A program made the translations under genes and the position numbers. Positions 22,731-32,909 of a stretch of DNA of 64,000 bases are shown here, one piece after another (within the stretch, counting starts at the first letter, position 1; every line of letters begins with the position of its first letter). A model generated the notes under the pieces. That model had not been told where the DNA came from, made no database searches, and was given only the letters and a program-made list of their open reading frames with translations. The DNA comes from an uncultured delta proteobacterium (GTDB taxonomy: Bacteria; Myxococcota; Myxococcia; Myxococcales; Anaeromyxobacteraceae), in assembly GCA_963845515.1 (NCBI GenBank), contig CAWJSR010000057.1, positions 1 through 64,000 on the forward strand, written 5' to 3'.

Positions 22731-24362
22731 CTACTCGTCCTCCGCGCAGACCGCGTCCATGATCTGCTCTCGCCTCCTCTGCACGAGCCGGCCCGCGGCC
22801 GGCAGGGTGCGGAGGAGGACGATGAACCCGAGAGCCCCGAGCGCCGCCCAAGCCGGCGGCAGGAGCCAGCCGCGCTCGAGCTTCACCGCGATCAGCACCG
22901 GACCGGCGAACAGGGTCGCGGCGGCAGTGGTGGTGGCCATTCCGACGAGCCCCGAGAGCATCGGTAGGCGCGCGCCCCGCTCCATCGTGAAGCCTGCGCC
23001 GATCGGGTTGGCGGCGGTCACCACGTTCCCCACGACGTACAGCCATGGCGCGAGCCCGGCGTGCAGGGCGAACCCACCCGCGAGCACCCAGCCAGGCGGC
23101 AGTCCGGCGACAGCGACGGTCGCCAGCACGCAGCCGGCGAAGACGACGAACGACAGGCTCGCCGCCGCCAGGTTCTTCGCTGCGAGCACGTCGGAGAGCC
23201 GAAGCGGCGCGAGGAAGAAGAGCCGCGCGCCGGTCCGGTCCCACCCGAAGCCGTTGAGCCAGAACGGCTGCGTCACCACGTGCGCGTACAGGGCGAAGCC
23301 GAAGAGCGGGAGCGCCGCCACCACCTCCCCTGCCTCCTCTGGGATGTGTGGAGCTGCGCGCCATGCGACCAGACCGGCGATGGCCGGGATCACCAGCACC
23401 AGGACGAGCGAGAGCGGGTGGCGCAGCAGGTAGCGGCACTCCTTCTCGACGAGCGGCCCCAGCCTGGCGCCCAGCCAGCCGACCGGGAGCCCGGCTGACT
23501 GCGCGCTGGCCCGCCCGGTCCTGCCGCCGCCATTCCCGCCGGAGAGCGCGTCGGCGAGCGCCAGCCGGAAGGAGAGCCACGCGCCGGCCGCCGCGCCAGC
23601 GGCGAGGCCGGCCAGCGGGAGGGACGCGGCGGCTACCTGTCCGGTGAAGAGCCGCCGCGCTGCAGCGGCCCCGAGGGCCGCCGGCCAGGCGATCCACTGG
23701 AGACGACCGAGGCGCCCCATCAGCTCACGGTATGGATGCTTCGCCCCAGAGGCGACGAAGGCGACCAGCAGGACCAGCCCCAGGTATACGAGCGCGATGC
23801 CGACGTCCCGCGCGCGCCGGACACGGACCAGCCTGCCGAGCAGCTCCTGGAGGAGCGCCACGTAGACGACGGTCGCAGCGACGAAGAGGGCGAAGGTGAG
23901 CGCGAGCGGGCCGAGCCATGCGCCCGGGCGCGCCAGCGCCGCCCCGGCGAACGCGCCGCCGAGGAGCACGGTCCAGAAGAGCGCGAAGGGGTCTCCGGCA
24001 GCGGAGGCCACCAGGCCGTAGGCGTAGATCCGCCCCGGGCGCAGCGGGTAGACGAGGAACCTCTTCAGATCGAGCGTGTCGCGCTCGGCGAGCGTGAGCG
24101 CCACCGCGGTCCAGGTCTGCCAGATCCCGAAGAAGATGGCCGTGACCGCCACCTCAGTGAGCACCCCGCGGCCGATCCTCGCGGCGCGGTACGTGCCGGC
24201 GCCGATGGCGCCCGAGAAGAGGAGCGCCGCCAGGCCTGACAGCCCGAACACGACGACCCGGGCGACCAGCTCGGGGACGCCGCGTCGCGAGAGGAACCTG
24301 CGGGCGAGCAGCCTGCCCCTGAGCTCCACGAACGCGAGGAGGGACGCCCTGTTGCCGCTCAA
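22731..24362 (-). CDS. ABC-2 type transporter permease
   Basis: Multi-TM protein overlapping the stop of an ABC ATPase gene. Confidence 0.8.
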   Translation of the reverse strand: MSGNRASLLAFVELRGRLLARRFLSRRGVPELVARVVVFGLSGLAALLFSGAIGAGTYRAARIGRGVLTEVAVTAIFFGIWQTWTAVALTLAERDTLDLKRFLVYPLRPGRIYAYGLVASAAGDPFALFWTVLLGGAFAGAALARPGAWLGPLALTFALFVAATVVYVALLQELLGRLVRVRRARDVGIALVYLGLVLLVAFVASGAKHPYRELMGRLGRLQWIAWPAALGAAAARRLFTGQVAAASLPLAGLAAGAAAGAWLSFRLALADALSGGNGGGRTGRASAQSAGLPVGWLGARLGPLVEKECRYLLRHPLSLVLVLVIPAIAGLVAWRAAPHIPEEAGEVVAALPLFGFALYAHVVTQPFWLNGFGWDRTGARLFFLAPLRLSDVLAAKNLAAASLSFVVFAGCVLATVAVAGLPPGWVLAGGFALHAGLAPWLYVVGNVVTAANPIGAGFTMERGARLPMLSGLVGMATTTAAATLFAGPVLIAVKLERGWLLPPAWAALGALGFIVLLRTLPAAGRLVQRRREQIMDAVCAEDE

Positions 24363-25129
24363 GGGATCCCCTGGCGGTCCCCGAGCCAGGAGAGCCCCTG
24401 CGGCGCGATGCGATCCTCCCCCACCGTCCGGATGAAGATCTCCTCGAGCGTGCCGTCGCCGCGCACCTCGTCGAGCGTCCCCTGGGCCACCAGCCGCCCG
24501 CCGCGGATGATGCCCACGTGGGAGACGAGCCGCTCGACCACCTCGAGGACGTGGCTCGTCAGGAAGATCGTCATCCGCCCGCGCGCGACCAGGTCCTGCA
24601 GCATCCTCCGGATGCCGGTGACCGCCACCGCGTCGATCCCCTCGAAGGGCTCGTCGAGGAAGAGCACCTTCGGCGCGTGGATGAGCGCGCAGCCGAGGGC
24701 GAGCTTCTTCTTCATGCCGTGGCTGTAGTCGACGACCAGCTTCCCTGCTTCGTCGCTCAGCTCCAGCGCCGCGAGGAGCTCGTCTGCGCGCCGCCCGGCC
24801 ACGCTCCGCTCCAGTCCGTAGAGCTGTCCGTGCAGCCGCAGCTGCTCGGCCCCCGACAGGCGCTCGAAGAGCGCCAGGCCGTCGGGGACGACGCCGATCT
24901 GCCCCTTCACGCGGAGCGAGTCGCTCGCGAGGTCCATGCCGAGCACCCGCGCGCCGCCGGCGCTGGGCGCCAGGAGCCCGGTGAGCATCCTGATCGTGGT
25001 GCTCTTGCCCGCGCCGTTGGGCCCGAGGAAGCCGAAGAAGGCGCCCTCTGGGACGGCGAGCGAGAGATCCGCCACGGCCGCGCGGTCTCCGAAGAAGCGC
25101 GTCAGGCCGTGCGTCTCGATCGCGAGCAT
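24359..25129 (-). CDS. ABC transporter ATP-binding protein
   Basis: GPNGAGKST, YSHGMKKK, LFLDEP and H-loop. Confidence 0.93.
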   Translation of the reverse strand: MLAIETHGLTRFFGDRAAVADLSLAVPEGAFFGFLGPNGAGKSTTIRMLTGLLAPSAGGARVLGMDLASDSLRVKGQIGVVPDGLALFERLSGAEQLRLHGQLYGLERSVAGRRADELLAALELSDEAGKLVVDYSHGMKKKLALGCALIHAPKVLFLDEPFEGIDAVAVTGIRRMLQDLVARGRMTIFLTSHVLEVVERLVSHVGIIRGGRLVAQGTLDEVRGDGTLEEIFIRTVGEDRIAPQGLSWLGDRQGIP

Positions 25130-25186
25130 GCCTCCGTGCGGTAGCACGGGGTCCACCCGCCTACAAGGCGATGGACGGGCACGGCC

Positions 25187-25561
25187 TCACTGCAGCGCCG
25201 AGTGGGACTCCTCACCGGTCTCGAAGTACATGAAGCGCATCCCCATGCCGCGGAGTGCGAGCGGACCGCAGGAGCCCCCCGCGGCGCGCCCGAGCAGGTG
25301 GCAAACGTAGCGGACCTCGGCGATCACCGTCATCTCCCCACCGTCCGAGGAAAAGGTCACGCGCACCTGCGAGCCTATCGGCTGCGGGGCGCGCGTCTCG
25401 ACGAACATCCCACCTTCGGAGATGTTTCGGGCGATCCCCATGCCGAGCCCGCTGTCGCCGTCCAGGTAGACGGGAAAGACTTTGTCGAGCCGGGCACCCC
25501 GGCGTCGCTCGGTGTTTGCATGGTCATCGGCCGGCTTCGTTTCCTTGCGGTACCAGAGCAT
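25187..25561 (-). CDS. PilZ domain protein
   Basis: ERRRGAR (RxxxR) and NISEGG (NxSxxG) motifs. Confidence 0.85.
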   Translation of the reverse strand: MLWYRKETKPADDHANTERRRGARLDKVFPVYLDGDSGLGMGIARNISEGGMFVETRAPQPIGSQVRVTFSSDGGEMTVIAEVRYVCHLLGRAAGGSCGPLALRGMGMRFMYFETGEESHSALQ

Positions 25562-25683
25562 CGCCGCCTCCCTCGAACGATGCCGAGCGTAAGCGGGTGC
25601 GCTGATGTAGTCAAAGAAACGACTCACGACTACATGCTGCCTCACCAACTGTAGTGCCACATGGGTTCACTCTTACGGAGAGT

Positions 25684-26295
25684 ATGATGCCTCGCAAAGC
25701 CGCCCTTCCCTTCTTCCTGCTGCTCCTCCTTGCCCCCGTGGCGTCCGACGCCGACGAGCGCTTCCAGGCCTCTGCGGCCAAGGCAGAGCGTCTGGAGGAC
25801 CTGCGCATCTTCCTCGGCAACTACGTGGGGCGCTGCACCGATCCCATCGAGCGTCGGGCCTGCGAGGGCAAGGTCTCCGCCTTTCGCAAGGGAGTGGGCT
25901 CCAAGGCCTTCGTGGTCCGGGTCACTGAAGCCTCACAGGTCGTCCGCACCCAGCCAAAGGGGGACCGCGTAGTGCTGCTGCTCACCCCCTTCATCGACGG
26001 CGGAGGCTTCGCCCTCACCCGTGGCGAGCCCCGGAGGCAGGACGCGGACGGCAATCCGCTCGTGGACCTGGTCCCGATCGAGGTCCAGCTGCCTCCCGGG
26101 ATGATGGAGATGGAGTTCCTCAGCCCGTTCCGCTCCGGGGCGATCGACGTGGAGTTGGTGTTTCGCCCGGAGCGGGCGTGGAAGATGAAGCGCAAGGGCG
26201 AGCCGGGCTCCTACGAGGGGCTTGCGGCACGGTTCCTCGCGCTTCGAATCCTCAACTCGCGAGACGACTCGGAGATCGCCGCGAAGGTCTGGTGA
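25684..26295 (+). CDS. Exported hypothetical protein (myxobacterial type)
   Basis: Signal peptide, Cys pair YVGRC...RRAC, host-like codon usage. Confidence 0.7.
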   Translation: MMPRKAALPFFLLLLLAPVASDADERFQASAAKAERLEDLRIFLGNYVGRCTDPIERRACEGKVSAFRKGVGSKAFVVRVTEASQVVRTQPKGDRVVLLLTPFIDGGGFALTRGEPRRQDADGNPLVDLVPIEVQLPPGMMEMEFLSPFRSGAIDVELVFRPERAWKMKRKGEPGSYEGLAARFLALRILNSRDDSEIAAKVW

Positions 26296-26302
26296 ACGCG
26301 GG

Positions 26303-27838
26303 CTACTTCCGCCCGCCGAACGGCACGGCCACGAAGACCGCGCCGCCGCCCCGCTTCACGCGCAGCAGCGCCATGTCGCCGTCCTTCAGCCTGGCGAGCG
26401 CCTTGGCGACGTCGGCCGGCGCCTTCACGCGCTCGCGGTTCACCTCGACGACGATGTCGCCTTCGCGGATGCCGGCGCGTGCTGCCGGCCCCTCGGGGTC
26501 GACGTCGACCACCACCAGGCCGTCGCCGGGGGCGGCGTCCAACCGCCTCGCGAGCTCCGGCGTGATCGGCTGGACGGTGATCCCGAGCTTCACCTTGCTC
26601 TTCTCCGGCTCGCCGCCGGTCCCCGACTCCTCGTCCTGCTGCTCGCCGGAGAAGTCGCCGCGGGCCAGCGACTCCTCGTCGGGACGCCTGGCGACCTGCA
26701 GCGTCACCTTCTTCTCGGAGCCCTTCCTGAGGAAGGTGAGGGTCACCTTCTCGCCCGGGGGGACCGTCGCGACGCCGCGGGTGAGCGCGCCCGAGGACTC
26801 GACCGGCTTGCCGTTCATGCTGAGGACCAGATCCCCGGCTTCGAGGCCGCCCTTCTCGGCCGGCGTCCCCTTCACCACCTGCTGGACCAGCGCCCCCTTC
26901 TGCTCCGCCCGGAAGCCGAAGGCCTGGGCGAGGTCCGGCGTCAGCTCGGAGACCTGGACGCCGAGGTAGCCACGGACCACCTTCCCCTTCTCCTTGAGCT
27001 GCGGGAGGAGGGTCTTGGCGAGGGTGATCGGGACGGCGAACCCGACGCCGACGAAGGTGCCCTGCGGCGCGAGGATCATCGTGTTGATGCCGACGACCTC
27101 GCCCCGAAGGTTGAACAGCGGCCCACCGGAGTTGCCAGGGTTGATCGCCGCGTCGGTCTGGAGGAAGTCGTCGTACGTGCCGCCGCTCACCGAGCGGTGC
27201 TTCGCCGAGATGATCCCGAAGGTGGCGGTGTCGGCGAGGCCGAAGGGACTGCCGAGCGCCAGGACGAAGTCTCCCTGCTCGAGCCCGTCGGAGTCGCCGA
27301 GGACGACGGTCGGGAGGTCCTTGGGCGGGTTCTTCAGCTTGATGAGCGCGACGTCGGTGACCGCGTCCTTCCCCACCACGGTGGCGACGAACTCACGGTT
27401 GTCGGTGAGCTTCACGCGGATGTCGGTGGCGTCCTTCACCACGTGGTTGTTGGTGAGGATGAAGCCCTCCTGATTGATGACGAACCCCGAGCCCAGGCTG
27501 GAGCCGCGGAACTGCTGCGGGGCGTCCGGCGCGGGACGGCCGAAGAAGCGCTCGAAGAACTCCTCCTCCGGGCTACCGCGCTGCCCCTGGGCGCGCGCAG
27601 GGTGCTTCACCATGGTCGTCGTGGAGATGTTCACCACCGCCGGGCGGAGCCGCCTGATGAGCGGCGCCAGCGAGGTCTGACCGGGAACCGCGATCTCCTT
27701 CTCGGCGGGGACGGTGATCGCCGCCTCCCGGTACAGCCCTCCCGGGGTCTCCGCGTTGGCCTTGCCCTCGCGTGAGCAGGCCGGAACGGCGGCCGAGACG
27801 AAGACGAGTGCAAGAAGGATGGTGACGAACCGGCGCAT
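26303..27838 (-). CDS. degP: HtrA/DegP family serine protease with two PDZ domains
   Basis: GSGFVI, TNNHVV and TDAAINPGNSGGPL motifs plus PDZ domains. Confidence 0.92.
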   Translation of the reverse strand: MRRFVTILLALVFVSAAVPACSREGKANAETPGGLYREAAITVPAEKEIAVPGQTSLAPLIRRLRPAVVNISTTTMVKHPARAQGQRGSPEEEFFERFFGRPAPDAPQQFRGSSLGSGFVINQEGFILTNNHVVKDATDIRVKLTDNREFVATVVGKDAVTDVALIKLKNPPKDLPTVVLGDSDGLEQGDFVLALGSPFGLADTATFGIISAKHRSVSGGTYDDFLQTDAAINPGNSGGPLFNLRGEVVGINTMILAPQGTFVGVGFAVPITLAKTLLPQLKEKGKVVRGYLGVQVSELTPDLAQAFGFRAEQKGALVQQVVKGTPAEKGGLEAGDLVLSMNGKPVESSGALTRGVATVPPGEKVTLTFLRKGSEKKVTLQVARRPDEESLARGDFSGEQQDEESGTGGEPEKSKVKLGITVQPITPELARRLDAAPGDGLVVVDVDPEGPAARAGIREGDIVVEVNRERVKAPADVAKALARLKDGDMALLRVKRGGGAVFVAVPFGGRK

Positions 27839-27948
27839 TGGGCCTCCGCTCGAGGTTGGGTCTGTGAACTAAGACGCCGAGGACGCTCCCGGTATTCCCG
27901 GGGCGTCCCATACCTAAGTCCGAAGCGGGCGCTGTCAACGCTCCCGGG

Positions 27949-28338
27949 TCAGAGGCCGAGCAGCTGCGCGAGGCTTCTCTCGTCGGCCGGCGGAAACTCG
28001 TAGCCGTCGAGCTCCTCGGGGAAGACCCAGCGATGGTCGTTGACGCCGAGGTGCTGGACCTCGCCCCCCCTGTCGCGGCAGCGGTATACGCAGAAGTCGA
28101 TGTCGTAGCCCTCGTACTCGTGCTCCACGTGGACCACGCGCTCGAGCACCGCCACCTCGATCCCGAGGGTCTCGCGCAGCTCGCGCGCGAGGGCCGACTC
28201 GTCGCTCTCGCCGGGCTCGACCTTCCCTCCCGGGAACTCCCAGAGGAGCGGGAAGATGGCGCGTGCCTGCCGCTGGGCGATTAGGTAGCGCCCGTCGCGC
28301 TCTATCATGCCGCCAACCACTCGGATCTTCCGTCCCAT
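27949..28338 (-). CDS. NUDIX hydrolase (MutT/NudG-like)
   Basis: WEFPGGKVEPGE..ALARELRE Nudix box; FPPAD. Confidence 0.88.
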   Translation of the reverse strand: MGRKIRVVGGMIERDGRYLIAQRQARAIFPLLWEFPGGKVEPGESDESALARELRETLGIEVAVLERVVHVEHEYEGYDIDFCVYRCRDRGGEVQHLGVNDHRWVFPEELDGYEFPPADERSLAQLLGL

Positions 28339-28578
28339 CGGCGCACCCTTCTGCGACCTTCGATCGAACCCGAATTCACCGCGAGCGATCATTGTAGGAT
28401 TGTCGATCGATGACGTCCATTCGCTTCCTTGGCGCTGCCGGCACCGTGACGCGCGCCCCCCGAAGGTGACCTTCCTCGTCCATGGCGAGCCAGGTTCGCT
28501 GGCGTCAGCCTCTTCTCGGCTCGATAATATGGGTTGGACCAACAGGGTCCCTGTTCACATGGAGGAGGTAGCCCTCTC

Positions 28579-29853
28579 GTGACGAAGCCGCGAACCGCAC
28601 TCGTGCTCTCTGGTGGAGGCGCTCGCGGCGCCTACGAGGCCGGCGTGGTCCGCTACCTGCGCGAGGAGTTCCCGTCCACGCTAGGTGAACAACCCCGGAT
28701 CGACATCCTGTCCGGGACGAGCATCGGGGCGGTCAACGCGTGCTTCCTGGCCGCCAGCGCCCAGACGCCAGAGCTGCAGGGGCGCATGCTCGCCGACGTC
28801 TGGCTCTCCCTTCGGATCGAGGAGGTCTTCCACTGGAGCGTCCTGCGCCTCGCGGCGCTGCCGCTCTATCTCCTGCGCCGGGTCCGGATGCTCCGGCTGC
28901 GCCACCGCTCCTGGCGCATCTCCGACTTCGTCTACCCGGAGGCGCTGGCCCGCGTGATCCGCGACCGCATCGACTGGGACCAGCTCCACGTCAACGTTCG
29001 GAGCGGCGACGTCACGGCGTTGACGGTCACGGCCACCGACCTCGGGACGGGGCGCGCGGTGGTCTTCATCGAGACGTCCGAGGAGCTGCCGGTCTGGAGC
29101 CGCGACCCGCAGGTCGAGGCGCGCCCCCGCTCGATCGCCGCCTGCCACGCCCTCGCCTCCGGCGCGATCCCCCTGCTCTTCAGGCCCGTCTTCATCGAGG
29201 GCTCCTGGTTCAACGACGGCTCGATCCTGCAGAACACGCCGCTCGCCCCGGCCATCCGCCTCGGCGCGGATCGCGTCCTGGTGGTCGGGCTCCGCCACCA
29301 GGGGCGCCGCCTCGCCCCGCGCATCCGCGCCGAGAGCGAAGCGCCGTCCACGAGCGCCCAGCTCGGCGGCATCCTCAACGCGCTCACCCTCGACCACGCC
29401 GACTACGACCTCGACCGGCTCCGCCGCCTCAACCAGCTCCTGGAGCAGGGCGAGCAGACCTTCGGCCCCGACTTCCGCCGCCGGTTCGCGGCGCTGGGCG
29501 GCGAGCAGCTCGGGACGCCGATCCGGCGCGTTCGCGACCTGGTGATCCGCCCCTCCCAGGACCTCGGCGTGATCGCGCGCGAGTACGCCCAGAGCCGCAT
29601 CCACAAGCTCCGCCCCGGAACGCTCGCGGCGCGGCTCCTGCGCCTGGCGGCCGCCGACGCGAACGGCGACGGCGACGGCGCGGCCGACTTCGCGAGCTAC
29701 CTGCTCTTCGACAGGGAGTACGCCGCGGCCCTCATGGACCTCGGCTACGACGACGCCCGCAAGCAGCGCGACGCGCTGGTGGAGTTCTTCAAGGCGCCGG
29801 TCGACGAGGCCCCGCCGATCCCCGCACCGGCCGCCGAGTTCACGGCGGCGTGA
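28579..29853 (+). CDS. Patatin-like phospholipase
   Basis: LSGGGARGAY, GTSIG and DGS motifs. Confidence 0.9.
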   Translation: MTKPRTALVLSGGGARGAYEAGVVRYLREEFPSTLGEQPRIDILSGTSIGAVNACFLAASAQTPELQGRMLADVWLSLRIEEVFHWSVLRLAALPLYLLRRVRMLRLRHRSWRISDFVYPEALARVIRDRIDWDQLHVNVRSGDVTALTVTATDLGTGRAVVFIETSEELPVWSRDPQVEARPRSIAACHALASGAIPLLFRPVFIEGSWFNDGSILQNTPLAPAIRLGADRVLVVGLRHQGRRLAPRIRAESEAPSTSAQLGGILNALTLDHADYDLDRLRRLNQLLEQGEQTFGPDFRRRFAALGGEQLGTPIRRVRDLVIRPSQDLGVIAREYAQSRIHKLRPGTLAARLLRLAAADANGDGDGAADFASYLLFDREYAAALMDLGYDDARKQRDALVEFFKAPVDEAPPIPAPAAEFTAA

Positions 29854-29933
29854 GGGTCGCCGGGCGCGGGGAGAAGCACCTCTCCCCGGCTCCGGCGCTG
29901 ACCATTCATGCCATCGTGCGCCTTGGGAATGCA

Positions 29934-30156
29934 CCTCTCCCCCGCCCCCGCGGGGGAGAGGCTGGGTGAGGGGGCGTCGTACCCGTACGCGCTCGACTCT
30001 TGCTGTGCGGAGCTCAGCCGGAACCGCGCGATCCCGGACGTCTTGAGTCCAGCGGGCTCACGGAGGGTGAACCGGAGACCCGCTCCCCTGACCTCTCCCC
30101 CGCCGGAGCGGGGAGAGGGAGGTTCCCCGCGAGGGGCGAGAGGCTGGGTGAGGTGA
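29934..30156. repeat. Cluster of REP-like palindromes between convergent genes
   Basis: cctctccccc..gggggagaggctgggtgagggg; ctcccctgacctctcccc..ggggagagggag; ..gagaggctgggtgagg. Confidence 0.75.
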
Positions 30157-30178
30157 AGCCCCTCCCCCGTCGTCCCGA

Positions 30179-31003
30179 TCAGCCGGACCGCGGGTAGGAC
30201 CCGAGCATGTAGAGCCGGTGCACGCGCGCGCGGACGCCGGCGAGCGCCGCCTCACCGGCCGCGTCGAGCCGATGCCCCTCGAAGTCGACGAAGAAGATGT
30301 AGTGGCCGAGGGACTGCTTCATCGGCCTGCTCTCCACCTTCGAGAGGTTGATCCCCCGGGTCGAGAACTCGCCGATCACCTCGTAGAGGCCGCCCGGGCG
30401 ATCGCGGTCGAGGGTGAACGCCACGCTGGTCTTGTCCGTGCCCGTCGGCGGCTCGTCGGCGCGCGCGACGAGGACGAAGCGGGTCACGTTCTCGTCGCTG
30501 TCCTGGATGTCGCTCGCGAGCACGTCGAGCCCGTAGCGCTTGGCGGCCGCGAGCGACCCGATGGCGGCGGCGTCCACCTCGCCGTTGGCGACGCGGCGGG
30601 CAGCCTCGGCGGTCGAGAGGGTCGGCTCCCGGTTCGCCTTCGGGAAGTGCTCGGCGAGGTAGCGCGCGCACTGGCCGATCGGCTGTGGGTGCGAGAGGAT
30701 CCGCGTGATCGAGCCGAGCGCCGTCCCGGGGCGGGCGAGCAGGTGCTGACGCACGCGCAGCGAGACCTCGCGCCGGATGAGCGGCCCGGGGCGGTGCACC
30801 AGGAGATCGAGGATCGCCCCGATCTGCCCCTCGGTGGAGTTCTCGATCGGCAGCAGCGCGGCGTCCACGTCGCCGCGCAGGAGCATGTCGTAGGCCTCCG
30901 CGAAGGTCGCGGCGGGGACGTACTCGCCGCCCCGGCAGAGATCGCAGTGGGAGAGGGCCTCCTCGCTGAAGGTTCCGGGTGGACCCAGGTACGCGACGCG
31001 CAT
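30179..31003 (-). CDS. pheA: Prephenate dehydratase
   Basis: MRVAYLGPPGTFSE, PIENSTEG, SHPQ, NVTRF and the ACT-domain ESRP motif. Confidence 0.92.
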   Translation of the reverse strand: MRVAYLGPPGTFSEEALSHCDLCRGGEYVPAATFAEAYDMLLRGDVDAALLPIENSTEGQIGAILDLLVHRPGPLIRREVSLRVRQHLLARPGTALGSITRILSHPQPIGQCARYLAEHFPKANREPTLSTAEAARRVANGEVDAAAIGSLAAAKRYGLDVLASDIQDSDENVTRFVLVARADEPPTGTDKTSVAFTLDRDRPGGLYEVIGEFSTRGINLSKVESRPMKQSLGHYIFFVDFEGHRLDAAGEAALAGVRARVHRLYMLGSYPRSG

Positions 31004-31252
31004 CCGAGAACGACTACCAGAGGGGCGCGCCGCCGTCACGCGAAGTGGCGGCCCATGCGCGGGCGCGGTTGATGCCAGCGGAGCCGTGGTCGCCCCCTCT
31101 CCCGGCACATCTCCCCCGGTGGGCTCATGATCCCACACATCCTGTCGGACATGCCGGGGGCGTGATCCAACCTCGCCGAGGTCGAGGGGCCGAGTTTCGA
31201 GACGCCGCAGCAGGCTCGCGTCCAGCGTCGCCGTCCGCCGCCACTTCCGTTC

Positions 31253-32909
31253 CCGCGCCAGAAACGGCTCATCACGGGGGAGAAGGCGCCCGGGCGGCGT
31301 CGGCGCGCGCAGGCCCCGCCGGCGATTCGCGCCGCGGCCCCGGCTGACCGCAGCGTCCGCGCGATCCCCGCCGTCAGGCCGGCGCGGTGGGTCGTGAGGG
31401 CGGCCGGGCGGCGCCTCGCGAGTACCGGTCCATCCAGACGTCCCCGAAGCTCTGCCGTGCGGCCAGGTCGTTGTGCAGGGCGCACGCGATCCGGATGTTA
31501 CCGACGGTCGACCTCCCTCCGCGCGCGACCGGCACGATGTGGTCGTACTGCAGCCGATGGGTCGAGCCGCAGACGCCGCCGTCCGAGGTCGGCCAGACGC
31601 ACCTCCCCCCGTCCCGGAGCCAGACCTCCCGCTTCACTTCGGCCGGGATGTGGCGCGATTCCGGCTCCGAGGGCGAGCGTGCTCCCTCGCCCCCTCCCTT
31701 GCGAGGCCGCTTCACCAGCCCCTTCCGCTTCGCCGCCCGTTCGAGGAGAAGGTCGAGCCCCGCCTCGAGGATGGCCCCCTCGTCGGCACCGGGGTGGGAG
31801 TGGGAGAGGGCGTCCTTCGCGGCCGCGAGCTTGCGCATGAACTCCTTCGACACCGTCGCGTGGAGCCGGTGGAGGCTCGCCGTGAGGGGCTCTGAGGTGG
31901 AGCGAGGGGCGCTGGCTTGCGCAGCCGGAGGCGGCGGCGGTGCGCGGGGCGGCACGCTCCCTCCCGCCGCTGGCGCCGCGTTCACTGCGAGCGTTTCGCC
32001 TGGAAGAAGTGATTGACCCGGCTCAAGCGTCGGCGCGGAGGCGGGCAGGGCCGGGGCCTCCGAGAGCATAGCGGCCGCCGGGACGGCAGCGCCACGCGAA
32101 GCCACCGTCGTCACGACGACCCGCTGGGGGACCGCCTCCCGGGGAGCGATCTCGGCCGCCACCGCCTTCGCCTCGTTCTTGGAGGCGTGGAAGAACCGGG
32201 GCAGGACCTCGACCCGATTCTCCGCCGTGATGACCTTCGCCAGCTCGCAGACGCTGGAGATACACAGCCGCCCGTCCCGGAGGGGCGCCTCCACCTCCGG
32301 AAAGCGCTGGAGGAGCTCCGCCGCTGTCTTCCGAAGGAAGGCGGCCCCGGAGGAGAGCTTCAGCTCCCGGCGCAGGTAGTAGAAGAGGCTGGTGTAGCCC
32401 ATGCCGACCCAGAGCCGGCGCTGGTCAAAGTCCGCGAGGGCGACGAGGAAGTCGGCCATCGCTCCTTGCTCGCGGCGGAGGAGGACGAGGAGGCGGGAGG
32501 AGAGCTCGCGTGCGTTGTCCATGCACGAATCCTCTCATGCGATTTCGCACCCTCCGTAGACGCGCGCGTTCGCCGTCTGGCGTGATTTCCGGCACGGGGG
32601 CTTCCGCCTCCGAAGGCGAAGCCTCCTCGCGCGGCTGCGGGCGCGTAGTGAGTCCTGGCGCGGGATTCCGAGCGACCTCGTCAGTCGAGGCGCGATTCCG
32701 CCAGACCCGCGTCAAGCGGATTCATCAGCGGCATTTCGCCATACGTGAACCTGGCTCGCGCGCCAACGCGCCGACTCCATCCACCCACGCTCCCAGCCGC
32801 GCCCAGGTCGCTCCCCCCGCAGGGGACCACGGCCGCGAGCGGGGGCGAGCGCCGGAGTCGAAGCCGCCTGCGAAGGCGCCCTCCCCGTGATGAGCCGCTT
32901 CTGGCGCGG
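31253..32909. mobile_element. Putative inverted-repeat-bounded HNH element
   Basis: ccgcgccagaa(a/g)cggctcatcacgggg at 31253-31279 and its reverse complement at 32883-32909 (26/27 identical) enclose a single HNH gene. Confidence 0.55.
31374..32522 (-). CDS. HNH endonuclease with an N-terminal helical (DUF222-like) region
   Basis: C-terminal RHIPAEVKREVWLRDGGRC..C...DHIVPVARGG...NIRIACALHN. Confidence 0.88.
   Translation of the reverse strand: MDNARELSSRLLVLLRREQGAMADFLVALADFDQRRLWVGMGYTSLFYYLRRELKLSSGAAFLRKTAAELLQRFPEVEAPLRDGRLCISSVCELAKVITAENRVEVLPRFFHASKNEAKAVAAEIAPREAVPQRVVVTTVASRGAAVPAAAMLSEAPALPASAPTLEPGQSLLPGETLAVNAAPAAGGSVPPRAPPPPPAAQASAPRSTSEPLTASLHRLHATVSKEFMRKLAAAKDALSHSHPGADEGAILEAGLDLLLERAAKRKGLVKRPRKGGGEGARSPSEPESRHIPAEVKREVWLRDGGRCVWPTSDGGVCGSTHRLQYDHIVPVARGGRSTVGNIRIACALHNDLAARQSFGDVWMDRYSRGAARPPSRPTAPA

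Noticed and set aside
31374..32522. IscB/Cas9-like identity for the HNH protein
   Set aside because: No RuvC-I/II/III or PLMP motifs; the HNH domain is C-terminal.
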